A DNA stretch of 64,000 nt from positions 169,448,001 through 169,512,000 of the forward strand of contig NC_086097.1 in the NCBI RefSeq assembly GCF_963921235.1, in the 5' to 3' direction. A model generated the notes under the pieces. It was not told where the DNA came from, made no database searches, and saw only the letters and a program-made list of their open reading frames with translations. The DNA comes from Mobula hypostoma. Lineage: Eukaryota. The position numbers and the translations under genes are program-made. Shown here in pieces: positions 52,077-64,000 of the stretch. How positions within the stretch are numbered: position 1 is the first letter of the stretch; each line of letters begins with the position of its first letter.

Positions 52077-52706
52077 ATAGGCAGAGGAGAGTTTGTGCAC
52101 AAGGTAACTGACAGGAAATGATAAAGTAGTGGTGGTTCATGGTGTGGAAGGGCGAGTTAGTGGCTGGAGGTGCAGATCAGCTTTACTGCTTGGGGAAAAG
52201 TAACTGTTTTTGAGTCTGCTGATCCTGGTGTGAATGCTTTGTAGCCTCCTCTCTGATGAAGATAGGACAAACCATCCATGAGCAGGATGAGTGGGATCCT
52301 TCAAAATATTTCTGACCTTTTTCCATCACCTTTCTGTATATGTCTTTTGATGGCAGGTAGGCTGGTGCTGGTGATGTGTTCAGCAGTTTCTCCTTTGAGG
52401 CACTCGTGAGCTTTCGCGATTGGATGTGTAGAATCATGATTGTGCAAAAAGAGCCTCATGAAAGCCCTACATATAGAAGATTCCCACATTATAGCAGTTC
52501 ACGTAATAGAAGTTCAATCTCATGAAATTTACACCACCAAAAAAATTCTCACCAGATGTCTTAAATTCAGTTCATTGCAGTTTCTCAGCTGGTGGTAAGG
52601 GTTCAACAATTTGCATTTTTGAACTAATTCAGATTCTAATGAAAACATTCTTTACAATTTGCATGTAAAAAGGTTTTAACTCTATTCAAGACCAACAAAA
52701 CATTTA

Positions 52707-53591
52707 AAAACGCAAACACGAGAAAATCTGCAGATGCTGGAAATTCAAGTAACACACACAAAATGCAGGTGGAATGTAGCAGGCCAGGCAGCATCTATCA
52801 GAAGAAGTACAGTCGACATTTCGGGCCAAAACACTTTGTCAGGACTAACAGAAAGAAGAGATAGTAAGAGATTGGAAGGTGGGAGGGGGAGATCTGAAAT
52901 GATAGGAGAAGACAGGAGGGGGAGGGATGAAACTTAGAGCTGGAAAGGTGATTGGCAAAAGGAATACAGAGCTGGGAGACCATTTTGCTGAACACCTACA
53001 CTCCGTCCGCCTGAGAAAGCAGGATCTCCCAGTCGCCACACATTTTAATTCCACATCCCACTCCCATTCCGACATGTCAATCCATGGCCTCCTCCACTGT
53101 CAAGATAAACACCCACTCAGGTTGGAGGAACAACACCTCATATTCCGTCTGGGTAGCCTCCAACCTGATGGCATGAACATTGATTTCTCTAACTTCCGCT
53201 AATGCCCCATCTCCCCTTCTTATCCCATCTCTTATTTATTTTTATTTTCCCTTTTTCTTCTCTCTCTCTGTCCCTCTCACAATCACTCCTTGTCTGCTCT
53301 CCGTCTTCCCCTGGGCTCCCCTCTCCCTTTCTTTCACCCTCGGCCTCCCGTCCCATGATCCTCCCCTTTTTCCAGCTCTGTATCCCTTTTGCCAATCAAC
53401 TTTCCAGCTCTTAGCTTCATCCCTCCCCCTCCTGTCTTCTCCTATCATTTTGGATCTCCCCCTCCCAAATCTCTTACAACTTCTTCTTTCAGTTAGTCCT
53501 GACGAAGGGTCTTGGCCTGAAACATCGACTGTACTTCTTCCTATAGATGCTGCCTGGCCTGTTGTGTTCCACCAGCATTTTGTGTGTGTTG
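52707..53591 (-). mobile_element. PLE fold-back element #6 with GIY-YIG C-terminal fragment
   Basis: LGDHFAEHLHSV...PVATHFN...LEEQHLIFRLGSLQPDGMNIDFSNF. Inverted arms. TSD CAA(C/T)AAAACATTTA at 52693-52706 and 53592-53605. Confidence 0.88.
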
Positions 53592-54567
53592 CAATAAAAC
53601 ATTTAGCAGGTTACAATTCAACGGTACAAACATAATTTGTGAACAGAACTTACTAGATTGTTTGCTTTCATAAACTGACTTCTACAGCAGGTACCTTCAA
53701 ATTTAAAACTACTCTGAATAGTTGGGGGAGAAGATCTCCAAGGCCTTGCCCCTTTAATTTTCATAATCAGAATCAGGTTTATTATCACCAGCATGTGTCG
53801 TGAAATTTGTTAACTTAGCAGCAGCAGTTCAGTGCAATACATCATATAAAATAAACATATGTATATGTAGATTGAATAGATTAAAAATCATGCAAAAACA
53901 GAAATAATATATATTAGAAAAAATAAAGTAGTGTTCATGGGTTCAATAGGCATTTCGGAATTGGATGGCAGAGGGGAAGAAGCTGTTCCTGAATCACTGA
54001 GTGTGTGCCTTCAGGCTCTGTACCTCCTAACTGATGTTAAACGAGAAAAGGGCATGCCCTGGGTGCTGGAGGTTCTTAATAATGAACGCTGCCTTTCTGA
54101 GACACTGCTCCTTGAAGATGTCCTGGGTACTTTGTAAGCCAGTACCCAAGATGAAGCCAACTATATTTACAACCCTCTGCAGCTTCTTTTGGTCCTGTGC
54201 AGTAGCCCCCGCCCCCCATACCAGACAGTGATGCAGCTCGTCAGAATGCTCTCCACAGTACATCTATAGAAGTGTTTTTGTTGACATACCAGATCTCTTC
54301 ACACTCCTAATAAAGTATAGTCACAGTCTTGCCTTCTTTATAGCTGTTTCAATATGTTGGGACCAGGTTAGTTCCTCAGAGATCTTGGCAACCAGGAACT
54401 TGAAACTACTCACTCTCTCCACTTCTGATCCCTCTATGAGGATTGGCATGTGTTCCTTCGTCTTACCCTTCCTGAAGTTCACAATCAGCTCTTTTGTCTT
54501 ACTGACATTGAGTGCAAGGTTGTTGCTGTGACAACACTTCACTACTTGGTATATCCCACTCCTGTAT

Positions 54568-56180
54568 GCGGGGGCTGCGCTAAGGTGGTGCTAGCTGGTT
54601 CTATAGCCCCAGCAGAAATTGCAATAGCACCAGCGTAGCACCACCAAGAAATTAACTGCAATTTCACATACAAATTGCAGCTGCTTTGCTTTCTCTGTAC
54701 AGTTTTGAATACAGCTTGTTTCTCCAGTTGATCTGGTGAAACAGCGCCCCCAATTACTATAGCACCCACGCAGCAAAAAAAGTTATAAACTCTATCAGAT
54801 CCACTCTACAATTCTGCTTATTCGTTCGTTGTCAATGTCTTGCCGTTGCTGTCCTCAGATCAGTTAAGCTAATCTAAGATCACTTAAGGTGGTGATGTCA
54901 CTCACTCTCACTCACACGAGAGATTGATAGTATACATCCAGGCGCAGATCCATGGTCTCGCGAGACTAACCAATGCCACATACACACACTGTGCTTTTAC
55001 AAGCTAGCGTTGGCCTGGCACATGCATTATTTTGGTGGCGTGAGAAATGGATCGATTTTTAGTGAGAAAACAACCTCATCCAGAGGAATCAGTGGTGTCT
55101 CAACCTGAGCCTGTCTTAATTGAAAGTGACATGCAGAAAGAAGTAAGTGGGGATGAGGACGACAGCAGTTCATCAAAGGAGTGTGAGGGCGAAGTTGAGG
55201 AACAAGAAATGGAGCAGGATTCGGAAGAGAACGTGGATGAAGCTGCTCTTAGTGCTAGTGGGAATACTGTTAGCGATGTTAGCCAGCAGCCTGTGGAAGG
55301 ACCCCGTCGGCCAGCATTGAAAAAGTACCCTTCGCTGCTCGCAACAGTTTGGCAATCAGCAAAGGAGTTTTATTCGTGGCTGGTTTGACTGACTAGAATA
55401 TTGGATCACAAAAGATACTACGTTCTGCTTCGCATGCAGGCATTTCCTATGTGGAGGACATGGGTTCCATTCTGAGTCTACCTTCACTGTCACCAGTTAC
55501 CACAACTGACGGAAAGCTACAACAGCTTTCAAAACCCACCATGTAAGTGCAGCTCATATGTTTGCTATGGAGGCACAGGCCAAATTCAGATTGAGAAAAC
55601 AAGATGGTTCAAGATTGGGAAATATGCTCGACAAAGGACATGCAAGGATTGTCCAAGAAAATCGTGAGTATATGAGAGCAGTGGCTGAGTCTTTAGCAAG
55701 GACAGACAGTGAATAACACAGTGGAATTTCTAGCTCCAATGAGACCCTACCGCGATGCATTTATAGATTTATACAAACTAATCTGCATATCACTGACTCT
55801 ACCTGTGACATCTGCCTCATGCAAACGGAGTTTCACTTGCTCAGATGCCTCAACAACTACCTAAGGAATAGCAGCGGCGATGCTCAGAACAGCAACTTGG
55901 CCCTGTAGGCCATAAACAGCTGGAGGACCAAAGCACTTGACATCCAGAAAATCATTGATGCTTTCACCACCAATCACAACAACAGACAGATTGTGCTTCT
56001 CTGAAAACATCAATGGTGAGTGCAGCGATTTTTTTTAAATTTGGGCCAAGACTAATGCTGATTATTATTATTATTTTGTGGTGGATACACCATAGTCCTT
56101 ATGGTTCCTGCAAATCCTAAACTATTAAATTTACTGCTATTAAGCCTACTGGTTTTGCTTAGACTTCCAAGCGGTGATTC
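54568..56180 (+). mobile_element. Internally deleted hAT transposon (Tip100/ZMYM1-like)
   Basis: ORF start MDRFLVRK, TTF-type zinc finger remnant (RSF...WF..LEY...FCFACRHF), then directly the hAT dimerisation motif (LPVTSASCKRSF...NYLRNS). Ends are approximate. Confidence 0.7.
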
Positions 56181-56257
56181 TGTTGGTATTGAGAGAGTAG
56201 AGCAGTGGGCTGAGCACACACCCGAGGTGCACCAGTGTTGATCGCCAGCAAAGAGAT

Positions 56258-56732
56258 ACAAGGGATGATTGATAAGTTCGTGGCCTAAGGCAGGAGGAGT
56301 CAATTTTAGAAAACCTAGCACATTTATTTTTCAACATAGTTCCCTCCTACATTTACACATTTAGTCCAGCAGTCGTGGAGCATATGGATCTTGGACCTCC
56401 AGAAAGTGTACATGGCATGGGTGATTGAAAAGTTCGTGGCTTGAGGTAGAAGGAGATGAGTTATACAGCTTTCTTTACATGCACATGCAGTTCAACTCTT
56501 TGAATGATTATGCAGAAAGTTAACCTAATAACTCATCTCCTTCTACCTCAGGCCACAAACTTATCAATCACCCATGCCGTGGACACTTTCTGGAGGTCCA
56601 AGACCTATATTCTCCATGACCGCTGGACTAAGTGTGTAAATGTAGACGGGGACTATGTTGAAAAATAAATGTGCTAGGTTTTCTAAAATTGACTCCTTCC
56701 CCTTAGGCCATGAACTTATCAATCACCCCTCA
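56258..56732. mobile_element. Mariner-type palindromic MITE with doubled TIR motif
   Basis: TA flanks and about 205-bp inverted arms. The motif GGGTGATTGATAAGTTCGTGGCCT occurs at the ends and again internally on each arm. Confidence 0.82.
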
Positions 56733-57721
56733 TATTATCACCAATCCGCACAGATTGCGATCTTCCGGTTAGGGAGTCGAGGATCCAATTGCAGAGGGAG
56801 GTACAGAGGCCCAGGTTCTGTAACTTATCAATCAGGATTATGGGAATGATGGTGTTAAATGCTGAGCTATAGTCAATAAACAGCATCCAGGTGGTACAAG
56901 GCCACGTGAAGAGCTACTGAGATGGTGTCTGCTGTTGACGTATTGTGGCAATAGGCAAATTGCAGTGGGTCCAGGTCCTTGCAGAGGCAGGAGCTCAGTC
57001 TGGTCATGACCAACCTCTCAAAGCATTTCATCACTACAGACGTGAGGGCTACAGGGAGAATTTTTAAAACTTCTCTAAACCCTTTCATGCTACTGACTCT
57101 TTCCACTTGTGCTTTCCCCACGTCTTTTGTACCATAGACTCTACCTTAGATCAGCTCAGCCGTTTGTTCTTGAATTTTTTTCTGGCCCAGTCCAACACTT
57201 ATAGTTCTAAAGAAAATCCAGCTATTCTGATGACACAACCTGAGCTTACCGAGAACAAACTTTCTGTGACATTTCCCACATCACAAAAATAACCGCAGTT
57301 TAAAAGTCAGAGAAAAAAAAACCTTGTTTTTCAACAGCCATATTCATGATTATCTGGACATATCAGATCCTTTACAACCAGCAACAAGTCCTTGCACAAA
57401 CAATAAGGAGACTTGGCTAATGAAAGTCAGAAAGGCAGTTGCTGAAAATCCGAAATCAGAAAAATCTAGAAACATCCGCGGTAATTGATTGCTCCATAAT
57501 GGCCATTTTTAAATCATTCACTGAGCAATAAATATTGGCTGCAATCAAGGTACCATCCTTGTTTTCACAACAATACTGTGAAATTTTTTACATTCCATTG
57601 GAATCAGTTTCATCATCACTGCATTACAAAATAATTAATGCAAAAAAATGGAATAATGAGGGAGTGTTCATGGAACATAGAGAAATCTAATGAAGAAGCT
57701 GTTCTTGAATTGTTGAGTGTG

Positions 57722-57925
57722 GATCGGGACCATCACAGAGGCTGCTGAGTGAGCTTCCAGGCGGCTATGGATCAGGAGGTGTGACCTGTGGACCAGTGCT
57801 GCTGGGACACAAGCCAGGGCCTGGCTGGGTAATCTGGGCGAGGGTGTCTGATGTTGAAAGACCAAAACACCCAATAACCCCAGGTTACATCATTCATTGA
57901 TGATGTGTCCCAGTGCATCCGAGGA
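57722..57925 (+). mobile_element. 3' end of a HERO/NeSL-like non-LTR retrotransposon
   Basis: ITEAAE*ASRRLWIRRCDLWTSAAGTQA C-terminus, followed by a 3' UTR hairpin GGGTGTCT...AAACACCC. Confidence 0.5.
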
Positions 57926-58053
57926 TGTATCTCAGCATCAGGAGGTAACAAGAAGAACACGAAGTAGGCAGGACAGCTCCGAGTGGTATTGCTCACTCAG
58001 TATGCACTGCAATGTCCGTCAGTCTGGAGTTTTATACCTAAATGAATGATACT

Positions 58054-61000
58054 TAGCCCGTGAGCCAGTTTGGCTGGTCGGTACCATCTGAAGGGAATAA
58101 TGCTCATAGTGATTTTTGGCAAGGTATACATCTCTAAAGTTAGAAAATATGTCAGAGCATTGCACCAGTGGTAGCTTTATGTTTCTAGATGAAGTCCCTT
58201 CCTGATTAGCTCTAATTGGTTCAGGATTTCAAATACTGTAGTCAACTCTGTGGCTGGTGAATTGATGGTTGGCGGATACCCAACAATATCTTATGAGATT
58301 GGTTCTTGGTCCCTGGTGCTGATATTAAAACCAGTCCAGCTTGGGATTGTCTGATTCTCTGGATCTGTTTGCCTTGCAAGTGTCCACACCAGGTTCTTCT
58401 TGCAGGCAAGAAGAGCAGTTTCCTGGACACAGTATTCCCTGATTGGGAGAGGCTGTGTGCCCACACGTGCACCTGCTACATATACTTCCAGTGCTTGGTC
58501 CTCAATGGTGACCGATCCCTGCTTCAGTTTCTCAATGTGTGGAAGCTCAGCTCTTGGCAGATGTGGTCCATAGACATTGGCCTGTACCACTATGCCATTG
58601 ACTCTATGTGATGTACCCTTTCCAGTGAGAGTTTCCTCAAGTCTATCGATATTGTCCCATGCAAGATTGGTGAAGACATGAGGCTTGATGGAGACTGGAA
58701 GTACAATTCTCTGGTTGGAGGCTGTTGCTAGCTTTTGGAGACACAGAGCAGTGTTGTTCTCTTCAGGTTGGGAGTGCGACACCCCATGCCCAAGCCTGTT
58801 CAGTGTTTGGATGAGCAGTGTTACCCGTCAGTGTTTTTACTGCATAAGGAAGTAGAAGGTGCTTTGGTGGTTTATGTTGACCACATGTCACAGCAGATAT
58901 TATGTCCTGACTAAATGACTGAACCAGAGCAGTGACCCTCTGTGTCTTGAGTCTTGGTGTCAGGATTTCCAGTGAGCAGTCCAACAAGAAGCCGCTCCAG
59001 TTGATCCAGTATGGAGGTATGAGCACAATCTTTCACATCAGATGGATGGAATGGCCAGGAAGTCACAGTCATCTCCTGTCTAATGATTGATCTGATATGT
59101 GATGAAGTCTGCTCTCTGATCTTGTCGAAATTGGTTGCCTTGGCCCTCCAAACTTTGAGTTCCCTCTGTAGAGTTTGATTTTCCAAGGCAATGTCCCTTA
59201 ATGATACACTTTCAGGAACCATTAACAATTTTCCTTTGTCATCTGGAAATATATCTACTGAATTGCCCAGCTTCGATTCCAGTTTCCTACGAATCTGCTT
59301 CCTTGTAGAATCTTGCAGGAGTGTAACTCCACCAGGTAGCATGAAAGATTCAAGTTTCGTGACCAAAGAAGTGACTTGTACATTCATCTTGCTGGGTATG
59401 ATATCAGTTCTGATATACTTGAAAAGGTCTTTATAGGCTTCCCTTTCAATCCTTTTATACAGTTCATCACCATCTGTTTCATCGTCATTCTCTTTGTACT
59501 CAGGTTCCTTTTTCTTGATTCTGGTATAATCCTTATAGCATGAAACATGATAGTGGGCCTCCGCAGCAACCACGTCTCTGCTTGTTACTGCTAGAATCTT
59601 TTCATCTTCCTTTTGGGTTGCACATTCTCGGAGTGGTTGGTCAGCTCTGAGTTGTACAGCTTGTGTAAGCTTTTCATGCGACTTGGAGCCCTTCAGAATT
59701 TTCACCTTATTGCAAAAAATTCAGATTTGATCATACACCCTTGCTTCTGATGAAGATCTCCTACTTGGCCTTTTTGATTTACAGGTATTCTCACCAGCTT
59801 CATCAGTAATGCTTTCCTTTTCAGAGTCTCTGAGTCTCTCTTCATGGTGAAGAGGCGTCAGCATTTTCAGTGATAGTACATTCTTGGGACTTCTTTTTAG
59901 ACCATAAGACCATAAGACAAAGGAGCAGAAGTCAGCCATTCGGCCCATCGCGTCTGCTCTGCCATTTTATCATGAGCTGATCCATTCTCCCATTTAGCCC
60001 CACTCCCCTGCCTTCTCACCATAACCTTTGATGCCCTGGCTACTCAGATACCTATCAATCTCTGCCTTAAATACACCCAGTGACTTGGCCTCCACTGCTG
60101 CCCGTGGCAACAAATTCCATAGATTCACCACCCTCTGACGAAAAACTTTCTTCGCATTTCTGTTCTGAATGAGCGCCCTTCAATCCTTAAGTCATGCCCT
60201 CTCGTACTAGGTTCCCCCGTCATGGGAAACAACTTTGCCACATCCACTATGTCTATGCCTTTCAACATTTGAAATGTTTCTATGAGGTCTCCCCTCATTC
60301 TTCTAAACTCCAAGGAATACAGTCCAAGAGCGGACAAACGTTCCTCATATGTTAACCCTCTCATTCCCGGAATCATTCTCGTGAATCTTCTCTGTACCCT
60401 CTCCAACGTCAGCACATCCTTTCTTAAATAAGGAGACCAAAACTGCCCACAGTACTCCAAGTGAGGTCTCACCAGCGCCTTATAGAGCCTCAACATCACA
60501 TCCTTGCTCCTATACTCTATTCCTCGAGAAATGAATGCCAACATTGCATTCGCCTTCTTCACTACCGACTCAACCTGGAGGTTAACCTTAAGGGTATCCT
60601 GTATGAGGACTCCCAAGTCCCGCTGCATCTCAGAACTTTGAATTCTTTCCCCATTTAAATAATAGTCTGCCCGTTTATTTCTTCTGCCAAAGTGCATTAC
60701 CATACACTTTCCAACATTGTATTTCATTTGCCACTTCTTTGCCCATTCTTCCAATCTATCCAAGTCTCTCTGTAGACTAGTTTCCTCAGCACTACCGGCC
60801 CCTCCACCTATCTTCGTATCGGCAGCAAACTTAGCCACAAAGCCATCTATTCCATAATCCAAGTTATCGATGTACAATGTGAAAAGAAGTGGCCCCAACA
60901 CGGACCCCTGTGGAACACCACTGGTAACTGGCAGCCAACCAGAATAGGATCCCTTTATTCCCGCTCTCTGTTTCCTGCCAATCAGCCAACGCTCTATCCA

Positions 61001-63164
61001 CTTATGTAACATTCCCGTAATTCCATGGGCTCTTATCTTGTTAAGTAGCCTCATGTGTGCACCTTGTCAAAGGCCTTCTGAAAATCCAAATATACAACAT
61101 CCACTGCATCTCCCTTGTCTAGCCTACTGGTAATTTCCTCAAAAAATTGTAATAGGTTTGTCAGGCAGGATTTTCCTTTAAGGAATCCATGCTGAGTTCT
61201 GCCTATCTCGTCATATGCCTCCAGGTACTCTGTAACCTCCTCCTTGACAATCAACTCCAACAACTTACCAACCACCGGTGTCAAGCTGACAGGTCTATAA
61301 TTTCCTTTTTGCTTCCTTGCCCCCTTCTTAAATAGCAGAGTGACATTTGCAATCTTCCAGTCCTCCAGAACCATGCCAGAATCTATCGACTTTTGAAAGA
61401 TCATCGCTAATGCCTCCGCAATCTCCACAGCTACTTCCTTCAGAACACGTGGGTGCATTCCATCTGGTCCGGGAGATTTATCTACTTTTAGACTATTCAG
61501 CTTCCTGAGTACTTTCTCTATCTTAATTGTGACTGCGCACACTTCTCTTCCCTGCCACCCTTCAGTGTCCGGTATACTGCTGATGTCTTCCTCAGTGAAG
61601 ACTGATGCAAAATACTCGTTCAGTTCCTCTGCCATCTCCCTATCTCCCATTACAATTTTTCCAGTATCATTTTCTATCGGTCCTATATCTACTCTCACCT
61701 GTCTTTTACTTTTTATATACTTGAAAAAGCTTTTAGTATCCTCTCTGATATTATTTGCTAGCTTCCTTTCATGGTTAATCTTTTCACTCTTAATGACCTT
61801 CTTAGTTTTCTTTTGTAAGGTTTTAAAAACTTCCCAATCCTCTGTCTTCCCACTAATTTTTGCTTCCTTGTATGCCCTCTCCTTTGCTTTAACTTTGGCT
61901 TTGACTTCTCTTGTCAACCACAATTGCATCCTTTTTCCATTTGAAAATTTCTTCTTTTTTGGAATATACCTGTCTTGCACCTTCTTCACCTCGCATAAAC
62001 TCCAGCCACTGCTGCTCTGCCGTCTTTCCCGCCAGTGTCCCTTTCCAGTCAACTTTGGCCAGTTCCTCTCTCATGCCACTGTAATTTCCTTTACTCCACT
62101 GAAATACTGACACATCAGAGTTCGGCTTCTCTTTTTCAAATTTCACAATGAACTCAATCATGTTATGATCACTGCCTCCTAAGGATTCCTTCACCTCAAT
62201 CTCTCCAATCACCTCCGGTTCATTACACAATACCCAATCCAGTACAGCCGATCCCCCAGTGGGCTCAACAAGCTGTTCTAAAAAGCCATCTTGCAGACAT
62301 TCTACAAATTCTCTCGCTTGAGATCCAGTGCCGACCTGATTTTTCCAATCTACTCGCATGTTAAAATCCCCCACAATTATCATAACACTGCCCTTCTGAC
62401 AAGCCTTTTCTATTTCCTGTTGTAATTTGTAGTCCACATCCCTGCAGCTGTTCGGAGGCCTATAAGTAACTGCCATCAGGGTCCTTTTACCCCGGTGATT
62501 TCTTAGCTCAACCCATAAAGATTCTGCACCTTCCGATCCTATATCACCTCTTTCTAATGATTTAATATCATTTCTTACAATAAAGCCACGCCTCCCCCTC
62601 TGCCTACCTTCCTATCCTTCCAATACACCGCGTATCCTTGGACGTTCAGCTCCCAGAGACATGCATCCGTTAGCCATGTCTCAGTGATGGCCACAATATC
62701 ATACCTGCCAATCTGTAGCTGTACGACAAGATCATCCACCTTATTCATTATGCTGCGTGCATTTAAGTATAACACCTTAAGACCAGTATTTGGTACTTTT
62801 TGCTTTGATTTCACTGCAACTTTATTGCACTGCAACTCATCCCAATAGCTACAAATTTGCCCCATCACCTGCCTGTCTCCAAGTTCTTTAGCAACATCTA
62901 AAATAAGGGTATAGTTCCTCATTTTGGCAGCTTCAAGTAATGTTTTCCAGGATTCACAGTCTTGAGGACTAATCAAATGGTCATCTTGTTTTGCTGTTTT
63001 CCAGTGTATGCTACTTCTATTTCTTAATAGAAAGCTACCACCGTCGCAATGTTATCACATATTTTCTAGCACTAGAGGTGTATACCTTGCCAAAAATCAA
63101 TATAAGAATTATTCTCCCCAGATGATACCAGTGGCCCAAATTTGGGGTCCTGTTTCACGGACTA
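58054..63164 (-). mobile_element. Academ-type DNA transposon, internally deleted, with a nested CR1
   Basis: TAG...CTA termini, imperfect TIRs of about 85-95 bp, 3-bp TSD ACT (58051-58053 and 63165-63167). Transposase fragments with AAEAHYHVSCY, LAWDNIDRLEETLTGKGTSH and IPSWTGFN. Confidence 0.8.
59897..62876 (-). mobile_element. CR1 LINE (ORF2 almost complete) nested in the Academ transposase
   Basis: EN motifs LYLNARSI, ITETWL and GDFN; RT motifs KSPGPDG, DFQKAFDKV and GVPQGSVLGP; (CTTATGGT)n-type tail. Confidence 0.93.
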
Positions 63165-63879
63165 ACTTGCACTCACAACTGACTCCACTGCGAACTGTAT
63201 TGCAAACAACATGTAATGTTATATCAATCACACTTCTTTCAAAAAGACAATCTCTTGACCCAAGTCTTTCCAAATATCTACCCAATAAGGTTTGACATCT
63301 AGGATTATGCTTCTGGAGCAACTTGGCTCAGAAAGAAAACTGCTTGCTGCTATATCAACAATATTAACTTTTATCCTTAAACCCTTGCAACAATGTCTAA
63401 CAATTCCAAAGTACTTCGTAAAATACAGAAAAAATACAGAACATATAATCAGGGCTTCATTATATGGTCTTTAATTCCAATATTAACAGGAGCACAAAAT
63501 AATGCAGTACAGGAGCACCTGGCTGCCTTAGTCCTGTTGATCCCCCCTTCCTGTTCTCTCGCATTCCTACAAGTTTCTGTTAATCAAATGTTTACCCAAT
63601 TCTTTTGAATGTTACTGTCAAATCTACTCCTACCAACCTTTCATACAGAGTTTTCTACATTGTAACCACTTTATCCATACTATAAAGTGTATTGCGCTTC
63701 AATCTCTAAACGAATCCGTACACTTTAGCCTTTACATTATATACACAAAAGTTTTGAGCAGCGGAATAAAGCACACCGAACAATAAAAAGTCTGGAGAGG
63801 TTTCTAACAAAAGTGCAATGTTTAACTCAGGGAATACTTACATAAATTTATCAGATCAATAACTACTTGTGATGCTATA

Positions 63880-64000
63880 AACAAAGCGCCCAAATAAGCA
63901 ACTCCTTCGGGGGTAGGCCCCAGACTCGCGGTGCTCAAGGCGCGCAGCTCAAAGGGGGCGAGCCCTGTCGATGTAAGCATGCGCAGCTCGAAGGGAACGA
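63880..64000. promoter_or_regulatory. Edge of a CpG-rich region, probably next to the non-coding first exon/promoter of CEP192
   Basis: CpG density rises abruptly upstream of the gene. The first coding exon has a splice acceptor, so a 5' UTR exon must lie further up. NRF1-like GCATGCGCA at 63977-63985. Confidence 0.5.

Larger units (their letters stand above)
53764..57052 (-). mobile_element. Rex1/Babar-like LINE split into three pieces (53764-54567, 56186-56255, 56735-57052) by two DNA elements
   Basis: [35 protein letters not shown] and NLALNVSKTKELIVNF motifs in collinear order. Confidence 0.75.

Noticed and set aside
4614..53635. Recurrent short ORFs (MLVNAAGQAASLGRGTVDVSGRDPSSG…) as a peptide gene family or CRISPR-like array
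   Set aside because: They are chance reading frames of the dispersed PLE terminal repeat. There is no regular repeat-spacer structure, and the DNA is eukaryotic.
55047..55388. Acidic 113-aa ORF as a host gene
   Set aside because: It is the N-terminus of a frameshifted, internally deleted hAT transposase.
57841..57875. Hammerhead-like CTGATG...AAA in the HERO-like 3' UTR
   Set aside because: The core reads CTGATGT rather than CTGANGA and lacks a correctly placed GAAA/NUH. It is only a hairpin.

Overview
Vertebrate genomic DNA, most likely a cartilaginous fish (ray/shark, inferred from the repeat families). The minus strand carries the 5' part of CEP192. Nine coding exons join in frame with canonical GT-AG sites (1159 nt, about 386 codons) from the ATG at 51272. 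They include the PLK1-docking S-T motif and the acidic PLK4-binding segment. The gene runs off the left edge, and a CpG-rich probable promoter edge lies at the right end. The introns are mostly nested transposons: L1, CR1 and Rex1/Babar-like LINEs, a Gypsy (Mag-like) element with 94-bp LTRs, two solo LTRs, Tc1, hAT, Tigger- and mariner-type MITEs, an Academ-type DNA transposon and Penelope-like elements (PLEs). The most notable signal is a family of seven PLE-derived fold-back insertions (0.2-1.8 kb, 13-18 bp TSDs) whose arms carry a minimal hammerhead-ribozyme motif. Four motifs are intact, two of them on the CEP192 sense strand. A CR1 with a twin-priming-like 5' inversion is also present. 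All homology calls are from recognition of motifs, not database searches.
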